Below are positions 17,226-28,148 of a stretch of 64,000 nucleotides of DNA, one piece after another. The stretch spans positions 1 through 64,000 of the forward strand of contig JBBQUR010000003.1 in assembly GCA_038212275.1 (NCBI GenBank), read 5' to 3'. The notes beneath the pieces are model-generated. The model had not been told where the DNA came from. It saw only the letters and a program-made list of their open reading frames with translations, and ran no database searches. Position 1 is the first letter of the stretch, and each line of letters opens with the position of its first letter. The stretch is from Planctomycetota bacterium (lineage in GTDB: Bacteria > Planctomycetota > B15-G4). The position numbers and the translations under genes were made by a program.

Positions 17226-18080
17226 TCAGCGCAGGACACGCGGCGCGCCAAGCGGATTGCTCACGAAACGAGGCTCGTCGAACGTGCCGTCCGGATACAG
17301 CGTGATGAGCACGCCGTCGCCGCGATAGGCGCCGGCACCGCAGAGGCAGAGCGTATCGCCGATGCGCTGCATGCGGCCGTAGTTCTCGTGCAGGTGTCCG
17401 GTGAAGCACAACCGTGGCGAGAGAGCGGCCAGGGCAGCTACGCAGCGGTGCGAGCCGACCATCTGCCCTTGCGCGAAGGCCGGCAGCTCGGGGTTGCTCA
17501 CGCCATCCAGCTCGCTGCGGAACGGGACGTTGTGACTGACCAGCGCGAGGGGCTTGCGGAGCGGCGTGGCCTGGCTGACCAGCGCACCGACTTCGCGTTG
17601 CAGGCGCACGTCATCGGGCGGGCCCGACCAGCCGCCGAGGCCCGCAAAGGCCCAGCCACCCAGGCCCGCTGGGGCGACCTCGTCGCGGTCCACGGCGCGC
17701 GTCTCGATGTTCGCGACGTGGCCGGGCACCGCGGGGCGGTCGGGGCGCGGCAGGTGCGCCGCCACCATCTCGGCGGGAGCGCCCAGGGTCACGCGGTCCG
17801 AGTTGCCGGGAATGGCCAGCACCGGCACGCCCGTTGCCGCCAGCGCGGAGACGACGGCCGAGCCCTCCGCGAGAGCGCGGTCCATCAGCTCCTCGGCGTG
17901 GGCGGGGCTGACGAGCAGCGGCCAGTCGATGGCCTTGCGGCCCTGCGAGAGCGCCGCGAACTTGAGCTGCCGGATCTCGTCGACCTCGCAGTAGTCGCCG
18001 CCTGCGACGATGAGGTCCGGCGACCAGGCCGACACGTCGGGCATGTGGCCGTGGAAGTCGCTCAGGAACAGGACCAGCAT
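17226..18080 (-). CDS. Metallophosphoesterase (calcineurin-like)
   Basis: LSDFHG, GGDY, IPGNSD, SHNVP, GHLHE motifs. Confidence 0.85.
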   Translation of the reverse strand: MLVLFLSDFHGHMPDVSAWSPDLIVAGGDYCEVDEIRQLKFAALSQGRKAIDWPLLVSPAHAEELMDRALAEGSAVVSALAATGVPVLAIPGNSDRVTLGAPAEMVAAHLPRPDRPAVPGHVANIETRAVDRDEVAPAGLGGWAFAGLGGWSGPPDDVRLQREVGALVSQATPLRKPLALVSHNVPFRSELDGVSNPELPAFAQGQMVGSHRCVAALAALSPRLCFTGHLHENYGRMQRIGDTLCLCGAGAYRGDGVLITLYPDGTFDEPRFVSNPLGAPRVLR

Positions 18081-18120
18081 GCGCCGCAGGATAGCGCACG
18101 CGGCCTCGGCGCCGCGGCCA

Positions 18121-19440
18121 TCAGACGACGGCGGCGGCCTGCGACCCGATCGGGTAGTAGGTGAAGCCGAGCCGCGCGAGCTCGGCCTTCGGGAAGATGT
18201 TGCGGCCGTCGAAGATCACCGCCTGCTTGAGGCGCTCCTTCATGAGCGCGAAGTCGGGGTTGCGGAACTCGCTCCACTCCGTGACGAGCAACAGCGCGTC
18301 GGCGCCTTCCAGCGCATCGTAGGGGTGCGGGCAGTAACTGACCCTTTCGCCGAAATGCTTGCTGGCTTCCTTCATGGCCTCGGGGTCGCTCACGCGCACC
18401 TTGGCTCCGGCGTTCAGCAGGCTGTCGATGATGTAGATGGCGGGCGCCTCGCGCATGTCGTCCGTGCGCGGCTTGAAGGCCAGGCCCCACACCGCGAAGG
18501 TCTTGCCGGCGAGGTCGTTCTTGAAATGCGTGCGCACCTTCTCGAAGAGCACGAACTTCTGCTTGGCATTGACGGCCTCGACGGCCTGCAGGATCTGGAA
18601 GTCGTAGCCGTGCTGCGCAGCCGTCTGGACGATGGCCGACACGTCCTTCGGGAAGCAGGAACCGCCGTAGCCGCAGCCCGCGTAGAGGAAGGGGTAGCCG
18701 ATGCGGCTGTCGCTGCCGATGCCCGTGCGCACCTTGCTGACGTCCGCGCCGACGCGCTCGCAGATGTTGGCGATCTCGTTCATGAAGGAGATGCGCGTCG
18801 CGAGCATCGCGTTGGCCGCATACTTGGTCAGCTCCGCGGACGCGATGTCCATGTGGATGATCTTGTTCACGTTGTCGTGGACGAAGGGCTCATAGAGGCG
18901 GGTCATGACCTCCTGCGCCTGCTCGTTGTCCGTGCCGATGACGACGCGGTCAGGCTTCATGAAGTCGTCGATCGCGGCGCCTTCCTTCAGGAACTCCGGG
19001 TTGCTCACGACGGAGATCGGGTGGCTGGTCTCGGCCGTGGCCGCGGCCTTCACGCGCTTGGCCGTGCCGACCGGCACCGTGGACTTGTCCACGATGATCT
19101 TGGGGCCGTTGGCCGCCTTGCCGATCTCCTTCGCGACGCCCAGCACGTACTTCAGGTCCGCGCTGCCGTCCTCGCCCGGGGGCGTGCCGACGGCGATGAA
19201 CACCACGTCGCTGTCCCGCACGGCCTGAGCCGTGTCCGTGGTGAAGGAGAGGCGCTCCTCCTTCACGTTGTGCTTGACCATCTCCTCGAGGCCCGGCTCG
19301 TAGATCGGGATGATGCCGTTCTTGAGGTTGTCCACCTTGCGCTTGTCGATGTCGACGCAGATCACGTGATTGCCGCTTTCGGCGAAGCAGGTGCCGGCCA
19401 CGAGGCCCACGTAACCGGTGCCGATGACTGCGATGCGCAT
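18121..19440 (-). CDS. ugd: UDP-glucose 6-dehydrogenase
   Basis: [54 protein letters not shown]. Confidence 0.95.
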   Translation of the reverse strand: MRIAVIGTGYVGLVAGTCFAESGNHVICVDIDKRKVDNLKNGIIPIYEPGLEEMVKHNVKEERLSFTTDTAQAVRDSDVVFIAVGTPPGEDGSADLKYVLGVAKEIGKAANGPKIIVDKSTVPVGTAKRVKAAATAETSHPISVVSNPEFLKEGAAIDDFMKPDRVVIGTDNEQAQEVMTRLYEPFVHDNVNKIIHMDIASAELTKYAANAMLATRISFMNEIANICERVGADVSKVRTGIGSDSRIGYPFLYAGCGYGGSCFPKDVSAIVQTAAQHGYDFQILQAVEAVNAKQKFVLFEKVRTHFKNDLAGKTFAVWGLAFKPRTDDMREAPAIYIIDSLLNAGAKVRVSDPEAMKEASKHFGERVSYCPHPYDALEGADALLLVTEWSEFRNPDFALMKERLKQAVIFDGRNIFPKAELARLGFTYYPIGSQAAAVV

Positions 19441-19749
19441 GGTGTCGATCCTTGAAGAAGAAGGTGCAGGGGGAGTGGGTGGGAGAGGAGCGGGACAGGG
19501 GCTCGGTGGTGAGAGCCCGTGTATCGAGTGCGCGGACGACCTGCCTTGAGGCTGCCGCTGAAACCCGATTCCGGCAGGAAATGGGCGCGACACCGTACCG
19601 GGCCGCACTCAAGGGGTCAACGTGCTGGGTTGGCTACAACCCGCTTGATACAAGACACTTGTGTGCCCGGCCTGCTGGCCGAGGCAGACCCCGGCCGGCA
19701 GGGGGGTACCGCGTGGCCAGCCGGCAGGACATGCTGCATCTTCATGCGG

Positions 19750-19826
19750 GGGCGATTGGCTCAGCTGGTTAGAGCACCTGCTTTACATGCAGGGGGTCGA
19801 AGGTTCGAATCCTTCATCGCCCACCA
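19750..19826 (+). tRNA. tRNA-Val(TAC)
   Basis: Acceptor GGGCGAT/ATCGCCC-A-CCA, anticodon arm CCTGC-TT-TAC-AT-GCAGG, T-loop TTCGAAT. Confidence 0.97.
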
Positions 19827-20089
19827 CAGCCCGCATTCCGCGCGCCGAGGCTGAGACCTCGACCCTGCAGCGCCGCTGCAGCGCCTCTGCCGCGACCCGG
19901 GTGCTGTGACGCTTCTCGGGCACGCCACGACGGGGGCGCGCCGCTGCGCGCCGACAGCTACCCTGTCCCGTTCCCGCGACCCGCCGCGCACCTCGCATGC
20001 CGAGGTCTCGCATCCACGGGTTGCGGGCCGTTCAGTGGCGTGAAGCGCGGCCTGCGCGCTCACGTGCCCCGGGATTCCTCGCTGCGGAG

Positions 20090-23000
20090 ATGACCCTGAT
20101 GCTGCTGACCTGCACCCTGCTCCTTGCGTCGATCACCGGGTCGGCCCCCGCTGCGCCGCCTCTCGCGGCAGCGCCCGCCCCCGCGCCTGTCGCGCTGCGT
20201 GTCGCCGGGCCGGACGGCTCGCTGCCGGCGCAGGCGCAGCGCCTCGCCGATGGCGGTCAGCCGCTTGAGGCCTTTCACCTGCTGGCGGCCCGGCTGGCGG
20301 ACACGCTCCCCGCACGGAACGCCGACCCGCGGCAGGCTGCCGAGGCCGAACTCGCCGCGCTGCAGCTGGTGACGCTCGCCGGAGAGCTGGATGCCTGGCC
20401 CGAGGTGACCGACGCGCTCGGCCCGATCCTGCCGCGCCTCGGCGAGGCCCCGCCGCAGGTGGCCTTCCTGCTGCACCTGCTGTCCGCCGCAGGCCTGCGC
20501 CACACAGGCCGTCCGGAGGAGGCGGCCGCCAGTTTCGCCCGCCTCGGCTACCTGACCGACTTCCGCATCATCGGCCCCTTCGACAACGAACGCGGCTCGG
20601 GCTTCGATGTGGCCTACGCGCCCGAGACGACGATCGACCTGAACGAGGCGGTGGCCGGCAAGGAGCGCGACGTTCACTGGCGCAGCAATCCCGGCGCCGG
20701 CAAGGCGCAGGTGAGCGTGCCGTTGCACGAGATGCTGCGTCCCGCCGCGCAAGTCGTGGCATACCTGGCCACCACGCTCTCGGTTCAGGCGCCGCGAGAG
20801 GTCGTGCTTTGCCTCGGCAGCTCCTGCGCGTTGAAGGTCTTCCTGAACGGCACCGCCGTGCTGGCGCGCAAGGTCGAGCGTCCGCACTTTCCCGATCAGG
20901 ATCGCGTGGTGCTGGCCCTGCAACCGGGCGTCAACCAGCTGCTCATCAAGGCCTGCGTCGAGGATGGGCCATGGACGGTGGAGGCGCGCCTCACGGGCCT
21001 CGACGGCCTCCCGGTGACAGACCTCGTCGCCGACGGCGCGCTCGTCGCGACTCCCTCGCTGCCCTTCGTGGCGGCGACGGGCGTGCTGCAGCCGCAGGCT
21101 CGCGAGGTACTCGCGGCAGCCACGGACGACGCGGCGGCCGCCCGGCTGCTCGCGCTCTACCACCTCATCGTTCACCCGGACGACAAGGCGGACCGCAGTG
21201 CGCGCGTCGCGGCCGAGCGCGCCGTGGCCCTCGACCCGTCCGATCCCTCCGGTCAGTATCTGCTCGCGCGCGCCAACGACCCCGAAGGCGCGTCGGCCGA
21301 GGAGATGCAGGTCAACCCGCGGCTCTCGGCGCTGCAGGCGACTCTCGCGCTGCAGCCGACGCATGTCGCCGCGCTGCTCGACCTGGCCGAGTTCTCGATG
21401 GCACTCAATCCGCTTCCCGAGCGTGCCGACGACCTGACCGCCCGGGCGCTGGCCGCCGCGCCCGAGAGCTGGCGTGCGCTGGAGTTGCGCGCCCGCTACC
21501 TGCAGAGCCGCGACCGCGATGCCGAGGCCGATGCGCTGCGCGAGCGCGCCGAGCAGAGCCCCGAGGGCAGCGTGCGCATCGAAGGGCTCGTCTCCCGCGC
21601 CGGGCGCCTGCAGGAGCTCGGCCGCACCGACGAGGCGCTGTCCGAGTTGTCCGCGGCCTTCGAGCGCCACGCCTTCACGGGCCCGGTGCTCGACAGCATC
21701 ACGGACGTGCTCATCGATCGCGGCGAGCCCGGCACGGCGCTGCTGCTCACGCAGCGCGCCCTTGCCGCCGCACCCTGCGCCGTGCAACGCATGCTGGAGA
21801 CGGCCGAGCGCCTCGAGTACGCCGGCCAGACCGACGAGGCCCGCGTGCTCGTGGACCGCGCGCTGACAGTCTGCCCCGAGAGCACGCCGGCGCTGATCGC
21901 CAGCGCGCGCATGTTCGAGCGTGGCGGCGACATCGAGGCCGCGCAGAAGACACTGGGAGAGGTCGTGCGCCTCGATCCGGGCAATACCAAGGCGCGGCGC
22001 CATCGCCAGCTGCTGCTGTCGGGCGAGGACGCCGATCGCTTCGAGACGCCGTATCGCCGCGATGCGGTGGCCCTGGCCGCCACGCCCATGCCGCCCAGCG
22101 ACGCCAACGATCCGGTGGAGGTGCTCGATCACACGACCGTGTGGCGGGTGCATCCCGACGGCACCGAGCACCGCTACGAGCACATCGTCATGCGCGCGCT
22201 CAACCAGGGCGGCGTGAAGCAGCTCGACAGCTGGTACATCCCGGCGCCGGACGACAGCCAGATGCAGGTCTTCAACGTGCGCGTGATCCACGCGGACGGC
22301 AGCATCGAGCGCGCGCCGGCGCCGCGCGGCGGCTGGAAGAACTATGACCTGCCGGCGCTGAAGCCCGGCGACCTCGTGGACGTCGAGTACCGCGTCGACC
22401 AGAGCACTCCGGGCGTCTTCGGCGAGTACTTCGGCACGCGACACGAGTTCTACCCGGACATCTTCGACGGCTTCGTGCCGACGCGCCGCGCCGAACTCGT
22501 CGTGCTCTCCCCGAAGGACTTGCCGATCCACGTCACCGAGCGGCGCACCGAGGGCATGGAGCGCAGCCAGACGGTCGGAGCCGACGGCATGCAGGTGCTG
22601 TCGTGGGTGGCGCGCGACCTGCAGCGCCCGGCAATGCAGGGCGGCATGCCGGCACGCAAGGAGATCGCGCCGGTGGTGGACCTCACCACCTTCAAGGACT
22701 GGAACGCCTTCGCGACGTGGTGGTATGCGTTCATCGAGAAGGAGTTCGTGTCGTCGCCGGCGATGAAGGCCAAGGTGGCCGAGCTGACCGAAGGTCTGAC
22801 GACGGAACAGGAGAAGGTCACGGCGATCGCGCGCTTCTGCGGCCAGGAGATCCGCTACAACGCCTGGCCCTTCGGCACGCACGGCTACGAGCCCTTCTCC
22901 GCCGCGACGATCTTCGAGCGCCGTTTCGGCGACTGCAAGGACAAGAGCATCCTCATGAAGACGATGCTCGCGGAGATCGGCGTGAAGGCCGACCCGGTGC

Positions 23001-23893
23001 TCATCAACGCCGAGTACAACCGCGCCGACGAGCCGCTCGACTCCGCGATGGTGGGGCTCTTCAATCACTGCATCGCCTACCTTCCGGCCACGGCCGACCG
23101 GCCCGGCTACTACCTCGATGCGACCGCCGACCGCAACCCGGTGGACTACCTGCGCACCGACGACCAGGGCGCGCGCGTGCTGCACGTCACGCCGCAGGGC
23201 GGCGAGGTCCATGACATCCCCTACGCCGCACCGGCGCAGAACACGATGCACCGCACCTACGTGGTGACCCTCGACGCGCAGGGCGGCGGCACGGTCAGCA
23301 TGGAAGACGACAGCAACGGCTCGTACGGAGTGAACCTGCGCTACCGCTACGGCGGCGAGAAGGGCGACATCGAGAAGAACCTCTCGCGCGAACTGCGTGG
23401 CAGCTTCGGTGAAGTGACCATCACCAAGGTGGACACGTCGGACCTCGACGACATCCGCGTGCCCGCGAAGCTCTCCGCGGAGTTCTCCGCGCAGAATCTG
23501 TGGACGCCGGAGGCCGGCGGCCGCAGCCTGCGGCTGGGCTTCGACGACCTCGGACTGCAGCGCGTTGCCGCGGAGCCCGAGGCCGAGCGCAGCTTCGACC
23601 TGGTCATGGACCGGCCCTACGCGCAGGACACCACGGTCACGTGGAAACTGCCCGAGGGCGTGACCGTCTCCAGGCTCCCGCGCGACGTGAGCGTCGAGGC
23701 GCCCGGCCTGCTGAGCTACTCGCTCACCGCGCGCGAGGTGGACGGCGCCGTCGTCGTGCAGCGGCACTTCGAGCTGCTTCAGCGGCGCATCGAGGTCAAG
23801 GACTATGCGGCCTTCCGCAACGCGCTGCGCGACGTGCAGCTCGCGGAGGCGCGCACCATCGCGGTCTCCGCGCCGGCGGAGGCAAACCGGTGA
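20090..23893 (+). CDS. Secreted TPR + DUF3857 + transglutaminase-like protein, catalytic triad intact
   Basis: Signal peptide, IIGPFDNERG module, TPR region, LPALKPGDLVDVEY, GDCKD(Cys)...FNHCI(His)...YLDAT(Asp). Confidence 0.85.
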   Translation: MTLMLLTCTLLLASITGSAPAAPPLAAAPAPAPVALRVAGPDGSLPAQAQRLADGGQPLEAFHLLAARLADTLPARNADPRQAAEAELAALQLVTLAGELDAWPEVTDALGPILPRLGEAPPQVAFLLHLLSAAGLRHTGRPEEAAASFARLGYLTDFRIIGPFDNERGSGFDVAYAPETTIDLNEAVAGKERDVHWRSNPGAGKAQVSVPLHEMLRPAAQVVAYLATTLSVQAPREVVLCLGSSCALKVFLNGTAVLARKVERPHFPDQDRVVLALQPGVNQLLIKACVEDGPWTVEARLTGLDGLPVTDLVADGALVATPSLPFVAATGVLQPQAREVLAAATDDAAAARLLALYHLIVHPDDKADRSARVAAERAVALDPSDPSGQYLLARANDPEGASAEEMQVNPRLSALQATLALQPTHVAALLDLAEFSMALNPLPERADDLTARALAAAPESWRALELRARYLQSRDRDAEADALRERAEQSPEGSVRIEGLVSRAGRLQELGRTDEALSELSAAFERHAFTGPVLDSITDVLIDRGEPGTALLLTQRALAAAPCAVQRMLETAERLEYAGQTDEARVLVDRALTVCPESTPALIASARMFERGGDIEAAQKTLGEVVRLDPGNTKARRHRQLLLSGEDADRFETPYRRDAVALAATPMPPSDANDPVEVLDHTTVWRVHPDGTEHRYEHIVMRALNQGGVKQLDSWYIPAPDDSQMQVFNVRVIHADGSIERAPAPRGGWKNYDLPALKPGDLVDVEYRVDQSTPGVFGEYFGTRHEFYPDIFDGFVPTRRAELVVLSPKDLPIHVTERRTEGMERSQTVGADGMQVLSWVARDLQRPAMQGGMPARKEIAPVVDLTTFKDWNAFATWWYAFIEKEFVSSPAMKAKVAELTEGLTTEQEKVTAIARFCGQEIRYNAWPFGTHGYEPFSAATIFERRFGDCKDKSILMKTMLAEIGVKADPVLINAEYNRADEPLDSAMVGLFNHCIAYLPATADRPGYYLDATADRNPVDYLRTDDQGARVLHVTPQGGEVHDIPYAAPAQNTMHRTYVVTLDAQGGGTVSMEDDSNGSYGVNLRYRYGGEKGDIEKNLSRELRGSFGEVTITKVDTSDLDDIRVPAKLSAEFSAQNLWTPEAGGRSLRLGFDDLGLQRVAAEPEAERSFDLVMDRPYAQDTTVTWKLPEGVTVSRLPRDVSVEAPGLLSYSLTAREVDGAVVVQRHFELLQRRIEVKDYAAFRNALRDVQLAEARTIAVSAPAEANR

Positions 23894-26800
23894 GGACGAT
23901 GCCGAACACGGCCGGAAGGCGCTCCGCGGCCTCGCGCCTCCTCTCGTCGCTGGGCGGCGGCCTCGCGCTCCTCGCGCCGGTCGCGGCGCTGGCGTTCCTC
24001 GCTCCCGCGCCACGGGCGCAGGACGTGGACGTCGAGACGTGGGCCAAGCTGCTCGTGGACCACCCGCTCGCCGGCACGGGAGACCGCGACACCGTCGTGC
24101 GCTCGTGGATCGACCTGCTCGGCGAGGAACCGGATCATCCGCTCGCCGAAGCCACGCTGCTGCTCCTGTCGCGCCTCCAGGTGGATGACGTCGGCGACGC
24201 GCAGGCGCTGGCCGACGTGGTGGCGGGGCTCGACCCGGACGGGATGCAGCCCGCCGCGGCGCACCAGCTCCGGCGCATGCAGGGAAATCTCGCGGCGCGC
24301 CGTGCGCCGGTGTCGGAGCTCGGCACGGACCGGCACGCGGACCAGTTGTCGCGCTTTGCGGTGCTGGGTCCGCTGCCGCCCTTCGATGACGCGCTGGCAT
24401 TCCGCACGCCCCTTGCCGCGCTGACCGCGCCAGGCTTCGCGACCGCGCACGCAGGCGCCGACGGCGAGTTGCGCTGGCAGCCGCTGCCGCGCTCGCCGCT
24501 GCGCGAGTGCGTGCTGCCCGACAACGTGGTGGATCCGTCGAAGGGCTGGGCGCTCGTCGCCGCGGCATTCGATGCGCCGCAGGGCGGCCCGGCGTGGCTC
24601 GAGATCGAGCTGCCGCGCAGCATGCCCGACGCGGCGCTTTTCGGCGGGGCCGGCGGCAATCGCTCGCGCCCGTCGCCCGGTTATGCCGTGTCGGTCAACG
24701 ACGGCGCCGCGCAGGTCGTGGAACTCGTCGGCACGGAAAGCTCCCCGCGCCAGCTGCTGCCGGTGCTGCTGCGCGCCGGCCGCAATCGCGTCGTGGTGCA
24801 GCTCAGCCTCGATGCGCGCACGGCGCTCGCGCTGCGTGTGCTCGCGCCGGACGGGAATCCCTTTCCGGGGCTGGTGTCCGTCGGTCCCGACGACAGCCCG
24901 CTCGGCGCCGTCGTGACGGGCGCGCTGCCGACGGACGCTCCGCAGGACAGCGAGGCCTTTCTCGTCGCGCTGAACGACCGCGGCGCCGACTCGGAGATGC
25001 TGCTCGGCATGCTGCAGTTCCTCGATGGCAGGCAGGCCTCCGGGCTCGCTCACGTGCGCGCCGCCGTGGAGGCCGCGCCGGCGCGGCCTTCGCTGCTGGC
25101 GCACCTCTCGCGCTTCACGCTCGCGGCGGACTATCTGCCCGACACGTGGCAGAAGAACCGGGCGCGCGAACTGGCCAGCCAGGTCGTCGCCAGCCAGCCC
25201 GATCACCTCGCCATGGGCCTGTATCTCGCGGGGCTGCTCGCGGACGAGGACCAGGAGGAAGAGGCGATGGACTCGCTGGTGGCGCTCACGGAGAGTCACC
25301 CGCGCCAGGTCGCGAGCCTGTTCGCGCTTCAGGACGCGTGCAACAAGCTGGACATGGATGCGCGTGCGGAGAGCGCCCTCCGCGCGGCCGTCGATCGCCA
25401 GCCATCGAATCCTGCCGTGATCGAGCGCCAGGCGCGCTTCGAGAGCCAGCACGGACGCCGGCGCCAGGCGGCGGAGCTGTCGCTGCAGAGCATGCGGCGT
25501 GGCGGGGCCACCGGCCGGCTGCTGCAATCCGCTGCTCGGACCCGGGCCGGGCTCGGCGACGTGGACACGGCGCTTGCGCTCTACGCGGAGGCCATCGCCC
25601 GAGACGACAGCCCCGGCCTCGAGTTGGCCCTGGCGCGCTACCTCATCGACCTTCAGCGCTGGGACGAGGCCGACACGATTCTCGCGCGGCAGCAGGCGCG
25701 CTTTCCCCGCTCGACGGCGGCGGTCATGTTGCGCGCGGATGTCGCCCTGCACCGTGGCGACGCGGAGGGCGAGGTCGCCTTCCTGAACGAGGCCATCGCG
25801 CGGGAGCCGTCGGACAAGGCGGCGCGCGAACGGCTCTTCGCACGCACGGGCAGTGAGCCGACGGAGGCCTTCTTCGCAAGCCAGCGGCTGGACGTGGACG
25901 CCATCCGCGCCGCGTGGCGCGACACGGGCAGCAAGGACTCCGTGGTCAAGGTGCTGGATCACGGCATCGTGAGGGTATTCCCCGACGGCGGCATGGAAAC
26001 GCTCACGCAGGATCTCTGGCAGGCGCGGGACCTGCAGGGCTGCGAGACGCTGGGCGAGATGCGCCTGCGCGGGGACGTGCTGCGCGTGGCCACGATCAAG
26101 GCCGACGGCACGGTCTTCGAACCCGTGCAGGTGAACGGCCAGTACGTGATGCCGTCGCTCAAGCCGGGCGACTTCGTGGCCACGGAGAGCAGGAGCATGA
26201 GCGGCCCGCCGGGCAATCGCATCGTGCGCCCCGGCGAATGGACTTTCGCATCCAACGACCAGCCCTTCCATCTCAGCCGCTACGTGGTCTCCGTGCCGAA
26301 GGATCTCGGCCTGCGACTCGTGCAGCGCAACGGCGACATCAGCCATTCCGAGCAGGACACGGGCGACGCGGTGGTGCACGTCTTCGAGGCGAGCGATCAG
26401 CCGCGCGTGCTGAACGAGCCCGGCGCGCCGCCGCCGACCTGGTATCTGCCGTGGGTCGAGTTCGGCATGGATGCCAACCCGGCCTCGCTGCAGCACGCGC
26501 TGGCGGCGACCGTGCTGGACCCCACGCGCGTGACACCGGAAATCTCCGCCGCCGCGGACGAGGTGGTCAAGGACATCACGGGCGACGAGGCCCGCGCGCG
26601 CGCGCTGCACGCCTTCGTGAACGAGACGCTGGACCAGCGTGGCTACCAGTCGGCCACGGAAGGCCTGCTGTCGCGCGAGGGCAACGGCGCCTGGCTCTAT
26701 GCCGCGCTGCTGTCCGCGGCAGGCATTCCGCATGAAATCGTGTGGACGCGCAATGTCTCGCCCGAGAGCGACGGCGAACCCGACCCGCCCTTCCTCGAGT

Positions 26801-27726
26801 CGGGCTGGTACTCGCGCAAGCTGCTCGTGCTCGTGGAGCCGCGCGATGGCCCGCCCGCGTGGTGTGACATGGATCTCAAGGCGATGCCTTACGGGACGCT
26901 GATCGGCAACGCCCCGCGCGCTCATGCGCTCGCGCTGCCGGAGCTCCGCGAGTTCGCGCTGCCCGACGCGCCGCTCCAGGACCGGCCGAGCGTCGCGCTT
27001 GACCTTGCCTTCAAGGTCGCCGCCGACGGCTCGGCCACGGCCTCGGGCCGCGTGGACCTCAAGGCCGGCTACGGCTACCTGTTCAAGGAGCAGGTGCGCG
27101 ACATCCCGGCCGCCATGCACAAGCTCGCGCTCAATCAGTCGGCCGCCGTGATCGTGCCTGGACTCGACATCTCCAGCTACAAGCTCATCGGGCTCGACGA
27201 GAGCGATGTGCCGCTCGCCATCACGGCGGAGGGGCGCGTCGCGAGCTTCCTGGACGACGACGGCAGCGGCCTGGTCCTCAAGCTGCCGATTCCCACGCTG
27301 AACATGGCTGCGGATCTCACGGGCGGCGAGGGCGTCCGCAAGCTGCCGTACTTCCTCGACAATCCGCTGGTCGATCTCTCCACGGTGCACCTCGAACTCG
27401 ACGACGGCCTGGACTTCGGCGAGTTGCCGGCCAGCCATCGCGCGGAGTTCCACGGCGGCGCCTACGAGCTGTCGTTCGAGCGCGACGGGGCCAGGGGCCT
27501 GTCCATCCGGCGTCAGCTGCTCATGCCGGCGTTCTCGATCCCGGCCGAGGAATACCCGATTTTCGCGGCCTTCTGCGCACGTATCGACGAGGCCGAGCGC
27601 GCGCAGCTCCGCTTCACGCGCACGGCGGGGACGGCGGCGGGAACCTCGGGCGGCGCGACCATCGACGGCGCGCGCGGTGCACCCGGCGACTCCGGCTCCG
27701 TTGATCGCCCGGGGCAGCCCCGCTAA
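23890..27726 (+). CDS. Secreted TPR + DUF3857/transglutaminase-like paralog, triad apparently lost
   Basis: GTG overlaps upstream TGA; same architecture (MPSLKPGDFV, ARALHAFVNE..); LLSREGNGAWLYAALL replaces GDCKD. Confidence 0.8.
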   Translation: MRTMPNTAGRRSAASRLLSSLGGGLALLAPVAALAFLAPAPRAQDVDVETWAKLLVDHPLAGTGDRDTVVRSWIDLLGEEPDHPLAEATLLLLSRLQVDDVGDAQALADVVAGLDPDGMQPAAAHQLRRMQGNLAARRAPVSELGTDRHADQLSRFAVLGPLPPFDDALAFRTPLAALTAPGFATAHAGADGELRWQPLPRSPLRECVLPDNVVDPSKGWALVAAAFDAPQGGPAWLEIELPRSMPDAALFGGAGGNRSRPSPGYAVSVNDGAAQVVELVGTESSPRQLLPVLLRAGRNRVVVQLSLDARTALALRVLAPDGNPFPGLVSVGPDDSPLGAVVTGALPTDAPQDSEAFLVALNDRGADSEMLLGMLQFLDGRQASGLAHVRAAVEAAPARPSLLAHLSRFTLAADYLPDTWQKNRARELASQVVASQPDHLAMGLYLAGLLADEDQEEEAMDSLVALTESHPRQVASLFALQDACNKLDMDARAESALRAAVDRQPSNPAVIERQARFESQHGRRRQAAELSLQSMRRGGATGRLLQSAARTRAGLGDVDTALALYAEAIARDDSPGLELALARYLIDLQRWDEADTILARQQARFPRSTAAVMLRADVALHRGDAEGEVAFLNEAIAREPSDKAARERLFARTGSEPTEAFFASQRLDVDAIRAAWRDTGSKDSVVKVLDHGIVRVFPDGGMETLTQDLWQARDLQGCETLGEMRLRGDVLRVATIKADGTVFEPVQVNGQYVMPSLKPGDFVATESRSMSGPPGNRIVRPGEWTFASNDQPFHLSRYVVSVPKDLGLRLVQRNGDISHSEQDTGDAVVHVFEASDQPRVLNEPGAPPPTWYLPWVEFGMDANPASLQHALAATVLDPTRVTPEISAAADEVVKDITGDEARARALHAFVNETLDQRGYQSATEGLLSREGNGAWLYAALLSAAGIPHEIVWTRNVSPESDGEPDPPFLESGWYSRKLLVLVEPRDGPPAWCDMDLKAMPYGTLIGNAPRAHALALPELREFALPDAPLQDRPSVALDLAFKVAADGSATASGRVDLKAGYGYLFKEQVRDIPAAMHKLALNQSAAVIVPGLDISSYKLIGLDESDVPLAITAEGRVASFLDDDGSGLVLKLPIPTLNMAADLTGGEGVRKLPYFLDNPLVDLSTVHLELDDGLDFGELPASHRAEFHGGAYELSFERDGARGLSIRRQLLMPAFSIPAEEYPIFAAFCARIDEAERAQLRFTRTAGTAAGTSGGATIDGARGAPGDSGSVDRPGQPR

Positions 27727-27737
27727 CCTTCCCGCCC

Positions 27738-28148
27738 ATGCTCCACCGCGTTCACTTCCGCAAGGAAAACATCACGGCGACCGTGCCCGACGGCGCCAAT
27801 CTCCGGCAGGTCTGCCTCGACCGCGGCATCGACGTCTACCCCATCGGGGGTGGCAAGCTGTCCTGCAACGGGAAAGGCTTCTGCGGCACCTGCGCCGTGC
27901 AGGTGGACCCGCGCGAGAGTCTCGCCTTCGTCGAGCCGCACGGATTGTTCGGCAAGCTGGGCCTCGGCGCGGCGCGCCGACGCATGGCAGGCTTCGAGAA
28001 GCACGCGCGCCACGGCCTCGTGCTCTCGTGCAAGATGGCCGTGAAGGCTGATGTCGTCGTGACGACTCAGCCTGGTCTCGACGTGAACTGGCAGGCGCAC
28101 ACCTACTACTCGGGACGCCACTTCCGCTCCTGGGAGAAGGTGTCTTGA
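27738..28148 (+). CDS. 2Fe-2S ferredoxin-type protein
   Basis: SCNGKGFCGTCAVQV...LSCK Cys pattern (C-x5-C-x2-C...C). Confidence 0.85.
   Translation: MLHRVHFRKENITATVPDGANLRQVCLDRGIDVYPIGGGKLSCNGKGFCGTCAVQVDPRESLAFVEPHGLFGKLGLGAARRRMAGFEKHARHGLVLSCKMAVKADVVVTTQPGLDVNWQAHTYYSGRHFRSWEKVS

Noticed and set aside
7127..27453. Very long antisense ORFs (7127-11299, 20060-24568, 23803-27453 and many others)
   Set aside because: Shadow ORFs of real genes, expected at this GC content; Arg/Ala/Pro-rich with no motifs.
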